A stretch of DNA of 64,000 nucleotides from Desulfurococcaceae archaeon (GCA_038816475.1 JAWBAI010000001.1:32001-96000), one strand, 5' to 3'. Shown: positions 10,425-19,364, numbered from the stretch's first letter. Notes: generated by a model from the letters alone, not told the origin. Program-made: numbers and translations.

Positions 10425-10497
10425 CGGATCAGTGCCCGCTATCTAAGCACTCGCTCATCGCATAATACTCGATCTCCCGGGTTCCTCTTCATCTCCG
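10425..10497 (-). ncRNA. Candidate C/D-box (K-turn) sRNA
   Basis: CGGA/TCCG terminal stem flanking box C-like ATGAAGA and box D CTGA; internal TCGA (D') and GCGATGA (C'); TATA-like TTAATTA about 22 nt upstream. Confidence 0.5.
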
Positions 10498-10883
10498 AGT
10501 AAACTTAAGTTAAATGACCTAATTAAGCTGGTTCCTTGGAATAAAGCTGAAAACTCCTAAAGATCGCGATTGTAACGAAACCGGATTTTGACCTCAGTAA
10601 ACTCAACGATTCTGCTAGGATCAGCTGAATCAGAATCTCTTAATTGGATAGTGCTAAGGATAGTTACCATATCAGTCCAAGTCAACCATGTAAATGAACC
10701 CGAGTGATCAACCAATTAATGAGCACATGCTCTAAAACTTGTTCAACTACTTAACACACTCCATGTGGTTGCTTTTTCTATTGTTTAACTTCTTAGTTAT
10801 CTTCAAAAGCATAGTGTACCAAAGTACAAAGGTCACGCTTAAAGGAATGATCGATCCCACCCCCGCTCTTCTTACATTCTTTC

Positions 10884-11552
10884 TCAAGTCTTCTTGGTAT
10901 TGTGGAGTATGCAGGTGATCATGTATTTAATCGCGGTGAGAAATCCCTCCTTGTTGTATACCTCTATGAGATTCTCCCAGTTTACCCTATTTCCTGCGAG
11001 TATTAGTAACAATGTAATAAGTAGCATCAAAGGTACGTATACAACAGGAGGCAACCCTGCAACGTCTTCAATAAAGAATCTGAAAGCTACTCCGTATAAT
11101 GCTGCAAGAAGTGTTATAATGATCTTGCCTAGTAGTACTGCTATGAAGAACATAGGTAAACTATACTTTGATAGACCAACAGGTATGTAAACAACATCAT
11201 CTGGTATGGGAAGTGCAGCTGCTAAGAACACGATTAAGAAGGTTGCTCTGCTCATGAAAGTAGACCTACTATAAGTTACTGTTAGGCTTTTCATACCACG
11301 GAAAACTCTTTGAACTTTATTAATTGAAGATACTCCTCTGCCAACAAGATACACAACGAGTTTACCTAGAGTAGCACCTAGAGCTAGAGACATTATTACT
11401 AGTGCTAGTTCGCTACCTCTGTAGTTGGCTATTAAAGGTGCCAGCACTACCAGGTAAGGTACCGTAGAATAGGGTATCGCATTGGAGATGAACGCAATTA
11501 GAAATAATCCAATCAACCCATACGTATGCATAAATTCAGTAAACTCGATCAT
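10884..11552 (-). CDS. VTT/DedA (SNARE-associated) membrane protein
   Basis: SNAIPY, GATLGK..Y..GR and AALPIPDD motifs; hydrophobic. Confidence 0.8.
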   Translation of the reverse strand: MIEFTEFMHTYGLIGLFLIAFISNAIPYSTVPYLVVLAPLIANYRGSELALVIMSLALGATLGKLVVYLVGRGVSSINKVQRVFRGMKSLTVTYSRSTFMSRATFLIVFLAAALPIPDDVVYIPVGLSKYSLPMFFIAVLLGKIIITLLAALYGVAFRFFIEDVAGLPPVVYVPLMLLITLLLILAGNRVNWENLIEVYNKEGFLTAIKYMITCILHNTKKT

Positions 11553-11758
11553 TCGTCATTCATCCTTCTCTAAGCCAGCGATGCCTAACTCACTACTCCA
11601 TTATTACGATATTTAACTTAATATATCGTAAAACCTTCCTTAAGGATACAACACTATAAAGTGTTTTTCAGCGAATGAGCGTCAGGTTGTTGATTGAAGC
11701 ACCGAATCTGCTTATTTTAGTGGTTTTTATGCATACGGAAAGATTGCTACTTTCTCTG

Positions 11759-12775
11759 CTAAGCAAGAACTCTGTATTCCTTGAGCTCTTTGGCAACTGC
11801 TGGATCTGACTTCGATGCTTCAATGGCTTTTTCCAGGTCTTCTCTTTTCATTAGTCCTAGTTGTGCTCTGAAGATGCAAGCTCTGCATAGGGTATGAGAT
11901 GCGGGGTGGCCACATACAGCGCACTTCTTGTAGAAGCTTTTTCTCTTTTCTCCTGCGATGCTTGTGATCTCCATGAGGCTTCTCAGTAGCCCATACTTTG
12001 CCCCGGGGTACTTATCCTCGAGCTCATTTAGCATTTTCCTAATGTAGAACCTTATATTGTACCTTACGTAGGGGCACTGAACAAACTCCGGCTTTACCAG
12101 GTTATTCAGCAGAGCATAAACAGCTACTTCTTTCTCTGGGATTTCGTAGAAAGGTCTTATTCTCTTGACAATATCTTCACCGGTTGTTTGCCTCACCGGT
12201 GTTAGTGCGAATATTCTATCCCAGCTGTTACTGACGAGGTTCATTACGAAGGTTTGAACAATGTCATCTAGGTTGTGAGCAGTTGCTATTACTGTTGCCC
12301 CAATCTCCCTTGCTACGGCGTTCATAACATACCTTCTGAAGACTCCACAGTAGCTACATGGCATGTATGGAAGCTTCCTCTCGAAGCTGATCCTAACGAT
12401 CTCGTCGAGAGATTCGCCAACATAGTCTTTGAAGCTCGCAATTAAGTACTTAACGGACTTGTTCTCAGCGTATCTTAGTAGATTCGGTATTGTATTTTCA
12501 CGGTACCCCTTTATACCCTCGTCTATCAGGAGAGCTGTGATCCCCAGTTTAGGTATACTCTTTTTGAGCTTTAGCATTAAGTGTAGAAGACTCATGGAGT
12601 CTTTACCTCCACTCACAGCTACCAGCACGTGATCATCTTTACTTATCATACCGTACTTTCTAACGGTCTTCCTTACGCGTTTCTCGAAATACTCCATGAA
12701 GTGTGCTCTACAGTAGGCAAGTTTGCTCACTTTATTGTAGTACACTGCTGTTTTATCGCAGAAAGAACACTTCAA
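11759..12775 (-). CDS. ttuA: tRNA 2-thiolation protein TtuA/Ncs6
   Basis: PP-loop SGGKDS, CSYCGVFRR, TAHNLDD, CPY; N- and C-terminal Zn fingers. Confidence 0.9.
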   Translation of the reverse strand: MKCSFCDKTAVYYNKVSKLAYCRAHFMEYFEKRVRKTVRKYGMISKDDHVLVAVSGGKDSMSLLHLMLKLKKSIPKLGITALLIDEGIKGYRENTIPNLLRYAENKSVKYLIASFKDYVGESLDEIVRISFERKLPYMPCSYCGVFRRYVMNAVAREIGATVIATAHNLDDIVQTFVMNLVSNSWDRIFALTPVRQTTGEDIVKRIRPFYEIPEKEVAVYALLNNLVKPEFVQCPYVRYNIRFYIRKMLNELEDKYPGAKYGLLRSLMEITSIAGEKRKSFYKKCAVCGHPASHTLCRACIFRAQLGLMKREDLEKAIEASKSDPAVAKELKEYRVLA

Positions 12776-12888
12776 CTAGTTTCACCTCTCCGTGAATCTA
12801 TGGTTGTTTTCATCTTCGGCTTTGTTTTACTTCATAGGTTTAAAGTATATTATGCACGTTCACTATTCACGCAACCCCAGGGAGCTTC

Positions 12889-13560
12889 TTGAGGCTTCTC
12901 GCTCTCAGCGATATTCATGAAAGTGAAAGGTATATTCGTAGCCTTGCAAAGGAACTTAATGACATGGGGTTTAAACCGGATGTAGCGCTCGTAGCCGGTG
13001 ACATAACTAGGTTTAAGGGTGTTGACACAGCAAGAAGAATACTGGTTTCTCTTAGAAACACTGTTGGAACTCGCGTGCTTTTCGTACCAGGGAATTGCGA
13101 CTCTCCGCAGCTTCTCAATGTCGACATGCTCGACGTGGACATAATTAATATCCATGCGAAAGCCTACAAACTCGGAGATTACGTGGTCTATGGAGTTGGC
13201 GGCGGAGGTCTCAGCCCCTTCTATACGCCTATAGAGTTCAGCGAAGACGACTTTGAGTCTCTTATAGCAGGAGCGATCCACTACTCCAATGGTAAACTCG
13301 TAATGGTTACGCATGAACCCATACTAGGCTATTTCGACGATGTTAGCGGTGTAAGAATAGGTTCTCAGGTTTTTGCCACGTACCTAGACAAGCTTAAACC
13401 AGTATTGTGGATAACAGGTCATGTTCATGAAAATAGTGGCTGGATTAGAGCGGGTGAAACCACGATCGTGCATCCAGGCCCCTTCATGAAGGGTTTCTAT
13501 GCTATAATAGAGATCAGAGAGGGTAACGTACTTGTTGAAATAAAGCGGTTGGGAAGGTAA
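12889..13560 (+). CDS. Calcineurin-like metallophosphoesterase (Icc family)
   Basis: SDIH, AGD, PGNCD, THEP and GHVHE motifs. Confidence 0.9.
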   Translation: MRLLALSDIHESERYIRSLAKELNDMGFKPDVALVAGDITRFKGVDTARRILVSLRNTVGTRVLFVPGNCDSPQLLNVDMLDVDIINIHAKAYKLGDYVVYGVGGGGLSPFYTPIEFSEDDFESLIAGAIHYSNGKLVMVTHEPILGYFDDVSGVRIGSQVFATYLDKLKPVLWITGHVHENSGWIRAGETTIVHPGPFMKGFYAIIEIREGNVLVEIKRLGR

Positions 13561-13564
13561 GGAT

Positions 13565-14281
13565 CTAACTCGTTCTATACTCTAGTACATCGCCTCCCCA
13601 CAGTTCAACAGGCTCTGTAGTTCTGAACACTATTTGCCCCTTTTCGTCGTATATGGACAGTAAAGCAATTAACGGTTGTTCTCCGTAAGGTACTTCTACA
13701 ACACATGTGTTGTTTAAGCTAATACACAGTTTTTCACGTACATCGTCTCTAAGAGGTGCAACCCTCACTACGTATTTATCAGGTAATAGCACGAACACGT
13801 GTTCACCTGTTGAGAAACACATGTTCTCACCTGGAATGTACTCCTCTTTACCATTAGGCTTTACCCAGCCGAGTCTAACCTCGCTGAAACCAACTTTACA
13901 ATAGTGAAGCAACCTAATTCTATAGTAGCCTTTCTCTAAACTAATCGAACTCGTGTCCAAGCGTCTTGTAGGAGAGTCTCTCCAGGATTCAAGTAGGAGT
14001 TTTTCGTTTAACCACAGTTTAATGCCGTTGTTTGCGACAACGAAAAACCTATAGCTTCCGCTTTCTTGGACTTTTAGAAAACCCTTGAACTCGACTATGT
14101 AATTCTTCTCGACCCTATCATGAGGTTTACCTATCCAGACGTGATTTATCGATGGTAGTACTTTCTCGGCTAGTGCAGAGCGTTCAAAGTCATCGGTGAA
14201 TGGCTCTTTTAACGAGTAGAAACGTGCAAGAATACCCTGAAAAACACCATGCTTAACTTTTACAAGAGATTTCCCCGGCAT
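13565..14281 (-). CDS. PA14-domain protein
   Basis: GILARFY..VEFKGFLKVQESGSYRFFVVANNGIKLWLNEKLLL..LEKGYYRIRLLHY..RLGW matches the PA14 beta-barrel pattern. Confidence 0.75.
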   Translation of the reverse strand: MPGKSLVKVKHGVFQGILARFYSLKEPFTDDFERSALAEKVLPSINHVWIGKPHDRVEKNYIVEFKGFLKVQESGSYRFFVVANNGIKLWLNEKLLLESWRDSPTRRLDTSSISLEKGYYRIRLLHYCKVGFSEVRLGWVKPNGKEEYIPGENMCFSTGEHVFVLLPDKYVVRVAPLRDDVREKLCISLNNTCVVEVPYGEQPLIALLSIYDEKGQIVFRTTEPVELWGGDVLEYRTS

Positions 14282-14397
14282 CTAAGAGTACCTAGATATA
14301 TCCTTAAAAACTCAGACTAAAAATATACAGAAACGGTGTTTGGGGATGTCATTTAACTACGTATAGAGGGTTCAACGGGTTAAGCCTACTAAAAGCT

Positions 14398-15636
14398 GTG
14401 CGCAAGATTAACATAAGATCCTGGCTGAAACATGTTAACGAAAACATCGTCCTTCTGTGGGATTCTCATGGGTTCTTCGAAGTAAAGCTAGAATGCGTGA
14501 ACGCAAATACTCTGAAAAATCTGAAGTGCGGATCTCTAGTATTAATCAAAGGGTCGTTAACAGGCGTGAACGAGATATGTGTTGAAGAGCTTCAAGTACT
14601 ACATGCACCGTTGGAGGAAGAGTTGCTATGCAAGGAGGGTTTTCCAAGCGACCCGGTGGAGTATACGAAAAAGTACCCTGAATACGTCAAGCATCCACGA
14701 GTTCTGAGATCCATACATGTATACTCAAGTTTACTGAATTACACTAGGTTGTTTTTGCTTAAACAAGGGTTTATAGAGCTCCCGCCTCCAATAGTCGGGT
14801 ACTCGAGCGACCCAGGACTTAGAGGTGCTCGAAAAGTTCAAATAGAAATGTACAACGGACTATTCGAGCTACAGAGCAGTCTAATAATGTACAAGCAACT
14901 ATACGCCAGTGTTCTGGACAGAATATTCTACGTTGCAAGAAACATAAGAATAGAGCCAGCCGAGAATGCTCTCACGGGAAGGCATCTCGTTGAGTTTACC
15001 CAAGTAGACGTGGAAATGGCTGATGTATCAAGCAATGTTGCAATGAGCTTAGCTGAGAAAACGGTATACAGCACTGTACGACGCGCTCTCAACGAACTAC
15101 TTGAACTACTCGAGTACAGCGAGATCAGGAGGCTTGAGAGAGAGATCACAAAACCTCCGTATCCGCGACTAACTTACGATGAAGCGGTAAACGAGCTTTT
15201 GAAGATGGGAGTGCAGATAAAACACGGCGAAGAGCTACCATTCGAAGCGGAAGCCCTCATAGCCAACAAATATGCTACACCTGTTTGGATTGAGCGATTT
15301 CCAGTAAAAGCCAGGGGATTCTACTACCTGGAAGACCCCGATCATCCAGGATACAACATAGACTACAACCTACTTTTCCCAGGGGGGCATGGTGAAGTGC
15401 TTGATGGTGGTTGTAGAGAGTATAGGTACGAGAAGCTCTCGAGGAAAATCAAAGAAGTACACAAAGAACCTCTCGAGAAGTACTTCTGGTTTCTCGAGCT
15501 CGCTGAGAAAGGCTTGATAAGACCAACCTGTGGATGGGGTCTTGGAATGGAGAGATTCGTAAAGTATATACTGAACTTAGAGCACATAGCTTACGCTACA
15601 CCTCATCCTAGACTACCGGGGGTCATAGGACCCTAA
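14398..15636 (+). CDS. Archaeal asparagine synthetase A (AsnRS-related, AS-AR) with an N-terminal OB-fold-like extension
   Basis: SDPGLRGA, SSLIMYKQ, NIRIEP..GRHLVEFTQVDVE and GLGMERF..HPRLPG match the AS-AR family rather than canonical AsnRS (SQSxQLY). Confidence 0.75.
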   Translation: MRKINIRSWLKHVNENIVLLWDSHGFFEVKLECVNANTLKNLKCGSLVLIKGSLTGVNEICVEELQVLHAPLEEELLCKEGFPSDPVEYTKKYPEYVKHPRVLRSIHVYSSLLNYTRLFLLKQGFIELPPPIVGYSSDPGLRGARKVQIEMYNGLFELQSSLIMYKQLYASVLDRIFYVARNIRIEPAENALTGRHLVEFTQVDVEMADVSSNVAMSLAEKTVYSTVRRALNELLELLEYSEIRRLEREITKPPYPRLTYDEAVNELLKMGVQIKHGEELPFEAEALIANKYATPVWIERFPVKARGFYYLEDPDHPGYNIDYNLLFPGGHGEVLDGGCREYRYEKLSRKIKEVHKEPLEKYFWFLELAEKGLIRPTCGWGLGMERFVKYILNLEHIAYATPHPRLPGVIGP

Positions 15637-15680
15637 ACACGACAGGTCAAGTATTAATAGGACTACAGTACTACTAGACT

Positions 15681-16961
15681 GTGGTGTTGTTATTGTTCGA
15701 TCCCGAGGAGATCAGAAAGGACTTCCCTATATTTAATCGAACTATTAACGGTAAAAAGCTTGTTTACTTTGACAATGCTGCTACTACTCAGAAGCCTGTG
15801 CAGGTTATAAAAGTCATTGAGGAATTCTACTCGAAGCACAATGCGAATATTCACAGAGGATTACACACTTTAAGTCAAGAAGCAAGTCAAATGTACGAGG
15901 AAGCGCACGAGATCATTGCAAAGTTCGTGAACGCGAAGTCTTGGAGAGAAATCGTATTCGTCAATAACACAACAGAAGCTATTAATACCGTAGCCTACGG
16001 TTGGGCTCTCTGGAATCTCCATGAAGGTGACGAGATCGTAGTCACGATAATGGATCACCATAGCAACATTCTACCCTGGAGACTCGTAGCCCAGCTTAAA
16101 AAAGCAAAAGTCATTTACGTCGATATAACCAGCGACGGGTACCTTAGGTACGATCAGCTGGTAGAGCTCGTAACACCTCGTACTAGGATCGTAGCATTTC
16201 CTATAGCAAGCAATGTTCTCGGAACAGTTAACGATGCGAGAAAGATAGCTAGAGTAGCACACGAAGTTGGAGCTATAGCGGTAGCTGATGGTGCTCAAAG
16301 TGTTCCGCACATGCCAACTAACGTGAAAGAACTTGAAGTGGACTTCCTAGCTTTCAGTGGCCACAAAATGCTTGGTCCAACTGGAATAGGAGTTCTATGG
16401 GGACGCGAGGACATACTCGAGGAAATGAAACCTTTCAAAGTCGGTGGAGACACCATAAAAGATGTTACCGTAGATTACGTAGTATGGCACGATCTCCCGT
16501 GGAGATTCGAAGCTGGTACACCTAATATAGCAGGAGGTATTGGCTTAGGAGAAGCAGCCAAATACCTCATGAGAATTGGAATGGAAAACGTACGTGAACA
16601 TGAGAAATCCCTTGTTGCATACACTCTAAAGAGATTCGAAGAACTACTTGGGGAATTAGAGTACTATGGTCCTAGAAACCCCGAGGACAAAACAGCTGTA
16701 ATAGCGTTCAACATTAAAGGGCTAAACCATCACACGGTTGGTATGGCTTTAGACCTATTTGGAGTAGCGGTGAGAACAGGAATGCACTGTGCTCACCCGC
16801 TTCACTATAGGTTAGGATTAGCAGGAACCGTGAGAGCAAGTTACTACATCTACAATACACACGAGGAAGTAGATTACTTCATTGAAGCCCTTGAAAAAAT
16901 CATTCAGCTGAAAGAGTCTCTAAGTAAGGAAAAACCGAGCATTATATGTCCAGGAACATGA
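15681..16961 (+). CDS. sufS: SufS-type cysteine desulfurase
   Basis: YFDNAATTQKP, DGAQSVPH, SGHKMLGPTG and RTGMHCA (group II active-site Cys). Confidence 0.93.
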   Translation: MVLLLFDPEEIRKDFPIFNRTINGKKLVYFDNAATTQKPVQVIKVIEEFYSKHNANIHRGLHTLSQEASQMYEEAHEIIAKFVNAKSWREIVFVNNTTEAINTVAYGWALWNLHEGDEIVVTIMDHHSNILPWRLVAQLKKAKVIYVDITSDGYLRYDQLVELVTPRTRIVAFPIASNVLGTVNDARKIARVAHEVGAIAVADGAQSVPHMPTNVKELEVDFLAFSGHKMLGPTGIGVLWGREDILEEMKPFKVGGDTIKDVTVDYVVWHDLPWRFEAGTPNIAGGIGLGEAAKYLMRIGMENVREHEKSLVAYTLKRFEELLGELEYYGPRNPEDKTAVIAFNIKGLNHHTVGMALDLFGVAVRTGMHCAHPLHYRLGLAGTVRASYYIYNTHEEVDYFIEALEKIIQLKESLSKEKPSIICPGT

Positions 16962-17043
16962 GCGATGAAAAGAGAGAGGAGTGAAAAAAAGCACTATTTA
17001 TGTTCAATACTTTATGTTTAAAGTTGTTTGTCTACAAATATAC

Positions 17044-17214
17044 CTACTCTTTAACAGGTCCTAGAATTCTGGCGAATCTCTTACCGGTGTAGGGGCTGGT
17101 TGCAAAGGCTATCTTTATCTTTCCTCTCTTGGTCTCCTTGACTACTACCTCGTACTTGTCGGTCTCAAAGTACTGCTTTGCTTTTAGGTCAAAGAACTTT
17201 AGTTTCTCGGGCAT
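17044..17214 (-). CDS. cc1: Crenarchaeal chromatin protein CC1 homolog (56 aa)
   Basis: Manual translation MPEKLKFFDLKAKQYFETDKYEVVVKETKRGKIKIAFATSPYTGKRFARILGPVKE matches the CC1 pattern KLKFxDxKAKxxFETD..SPYTG; GGTGG RBS and TTTATA-type TATA box upstream. Confidence 0.85.
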   Translation of the reverse strand: MPEKLKFFDLKAKQYFETDKYEVVVKETKRGKIKIAFATSPYTGKRFARILGPVKE

Positions 17215-17341
17215 ATTCTCCACCTAATCCAACTTAAATTCTTTGCGTAGACGTTTATAAGCTTTATGTTTTGTTAAAAAATACACTTTGTACACACTTT
17301 TACATGTTATATTTTAAAAACAATATATATATTTTTACAAG

Positions 17342-17482
17342 TACAAAAATGAACCTTGTATTACCTCCACATATGCGGAGTTCAAAACTGTGTATGTGAA
17401 AAATCTACATAATCAATGTTACAGAGTGCAAATACTAACTACGTGTTTAAAAGTACAACGTGTAATACAATTCATTTTTGTA
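17342..17482. repeat. 21-bp imperfect inverted repeat in an AT-rich intergenic region
   Basis: TACAAAAATGAA(CC)TTGTATTAC at 17342-17364 versus GTAATACAATTCATTTTTGTA at 17462-17482. Confidence 0.85.
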
Positions 17483-17623
17483 TAATGAGGGTGAGCAATA
17501 GACTTTTATCACTTACTCATTTACTTATTTTATTCAAAAACAGGATTACTTGTTTACAAAATGGTATATAGTTGTATGTTGAGTATCGCATATACTCGTT
17601 TCGTTATGGAAAGGGAACGTGTT

Positions 17624-18178
17624 TTAAGAAGTCTCTTCAGTGTTTTCCTGTACTTCTTCTAGTTTCCCATACACAGTTTTCTCGCTTACTATGTCACTAG
17701 TACCCATGTAATCGTACAATACAACTGTATACGGTATCTCGGCGTTTTTGGCTTTCTCGAGTTTAGTTAGAAGTTCTTTGCATTTTTCTAAGTCAACATC
17801 GCTATCCTTGCAGAAGAAGTTTTGTAGAATATTTATGAAGTCTTCTATTATTCCCTCAACAGTTGTTATATACCCCTGCGAGTATACACCGGGCTCAATA
17901 ACTAAACCTAACTCGGGGATTTCCACTTTGCAGTACGAGCTTTTTACTACTAACGCGTTTTCATCCCCCGCTTTTTCAACTTTATATATGATCTTCCTTG
18001 GGTTACCTAAATTCATTGTGAGCACATCTCTGTGTGTGTATCCGCATCTTGTGCACTCTAGTACGGATATTAGAATATCACCGTAGTATGGAATGTTGTA
18101 CTTGTAGTCCGTTAACTTAGCTGATTTCTCTCTGCAAACAGGGCATTCTACGTGTAGTTCGAATACTTTCTCCGGCAT
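17624..18178 (-). CDS. ZPR1-type zinc-finger protein
   Basis: CPVC..IPYYG..CTRCGY, KSS..IPELG..PG..GYITTVEG; start set to the ATG at 18178. Confidence 0.9.
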   Translation of the reverse strand: MPEKVFELHVECPVCREKSAKLTDYKYNIPYYGDILISVLECTRCGYTHRDVLTMNLGNPRKIIYKVEKAGDENALVVKSSYCKVEIPELGLVIEPGVYSQGYITTVEGIIEDFINILQNFFCKDSDVDLEKCKELLTKLEKAKNAEIPYTVVLYDYMGTSDIVSEKTVYGKLEEVQENTEETS

Positions 18179-18256
18179 TCTATACGTGTGCTGATTGAAC
18201 ACTTTGGTTACCCAATTGCTTGTTTTGAGCACTACGTAGTGCACATCTACACTTTT

Positions 18257-19147
18257 CTACCTTTTATCTATTAAGTGAGAACCATCGCAGGATGGTGCTT
18301 TGAAAAAGACTGTGCCAAGCCCTTCTCTACATGTAGCAACGGTTAAACCGTAGTACTCGGAGTGCTTGATCACAGGCATTAGTAGATCTTCTCTAATGCT
18401 TTTAGGTAGATATCTGTATCCGTGGATGAGCAAACCTTTCTCCACGTAGAGCTCTCTTAGCGTGTTTCTAATCTCGGGGAAGACCTCTAATAGCCTATTA
18501 AAGTTATCCCATTTTGCCTTGTATGTTGATGTAACTATGTGCTTTGCTCCTGCTTCTCTAATTCTACCAACTAGTTCCTCTAGCATGTAGGGATCATCGT
18601 TTACATGGGGTATTATTGGGTCTACTCGGACCCCCACTGGTATTCCGTTACGTGATAGCTCTTCTACAGCTCTTAGTCTTTGCTCAACACTTGGAGCATA
18701 TGGTTCGATTTTTCTAGCAACGTTCTCATCGAGCGTTGTTATAGTCACCATAACAGCTGACGGCGTTCTCTTAAGTATGTCTAGGTCTCTGATAACAAGA
18801 TTCGACTTGGTTGTAATAAGGATTCTCACCCTGTGCTTTGAAATTAATTCAAGAGCTCTTCTAGTAAGCATTAGGTGTGCTTCTATTGGTGGGTAGGGAT
18901 CGCTACTAGTACTTAGCTCTATGAGTGAACCGGCTTTTACCTTCTCGAGATCTGAGGCCAGAGCTTCGAGAAACTTCTTTTTCGGAACGCTTTTTCTGGA
19001 ACGTATGTAAGATGTTGCATAGCAGTATAAGCACGAGTGATCGCACCCGGTGTATGGATGTAGACTATACTTTCTCGGGCATGTGCAAAGAGGAGACTTC
19101 CACGGATCGAACTCTCGTATAACTTTAAGCTTAGTCAAGGCGTGCAC
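18257..19147 (-). CDS. Radical SAM protein (SplB/Rv2578c-like)
   Basis: PYTGCDHSCLYCYA, SSDPYP, ITTKS and IEPYAPS..RL motifs. Confidence 0.85.
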   Translation of the reverse strand: MHALTKLKVIREFDPWKSPLCTCPRKYSLHPYTGCDHSCLYCYATSYIRSRKSVPKKKFLEALASDLEKVKAGSLIELSTSSDPYPPIEAHLMLTRRALELISKHRVRILITTKSNLVIRDLDILKRTPSAVMVTITTLDENVARKIEPYAPSVEQRLRAVEELSRNGIPVGVRVDPIIPHVNDDPYMLEELVGRIREAGAKHIVTSTYKAKWDNFNRLLEVFPEIRNTLRELYVEKGLLIHGYRYLPKSIREDLLMPVIKHSEYYGLTVATCREGLGTVFFKAPSCDGSHLIDKR

Positions 19148-19168
19148 CGAATAGCTAAGCGGACTGCG

Positions 19169-19247
19169 AGGTGTACCCCGTCCGACCGCCCTCCTTCATT
19201 TTCATCCCCCACTATGGAGTCTCATGGAGGTGTGAGGGGACGGGGCC
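19169..19247 (-). ncRNA. H/ACA pseudouridylation guide RNA (single hairpin)
   Basis: Lower stem CCCCGTCC/GGACGGGG, internal-loop pocket, upper stem CCTCC/GGAGG, apical ATGA/GATGA K-turn-like element, and ACA 14 nt from the top of the pocket; own TATA box. Confidence 0.8.
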
Positions 19248-19267
19248 AATCAATATTTCTTGACAAC

Positions 19268-19285
19268 AGTCTTATTAACCTTCAG
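19268..19285 (-). promoter_or_regulatory. BRE/TATA promoter of the H/ACA RNA
   Basis: Minus-strand GAAGG-TTAATAAG ends 23 nt upstream of the hairpin 5' end. Confidence 0.6.
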
Positions 19286-19364
19286 CAACCTGCAGATCGC
19301 GATTGTACATGTACAGTATATAGTATATAAGTCTTTTTCACTAATCACTTCTTTAAGGGACTTT

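Noticed and set aside
10500-10883. 380-bp unexplained spacer
   Set aside because: Only short ORFs without an RBS; no repeat or recognisable pseudogene motif
11670-11712. Possible C/D sRNA (GAATGA..TTGA..TTGAAG..CTGC)
   Set aside because: Boxes C and D are both non-canonical and the second guide is too short
12850-13314. 154-aa minus-strand ORF, and the other short antisense ORFs nested in long genes
   Set aside because: Antisense to motif-complete genes, with no motifs of their own
19142-19364. 62-aa ORF and N-terminal extension of hxlB
   Set aside because: The region is explained by the H/ACA RNA and divergent promoters
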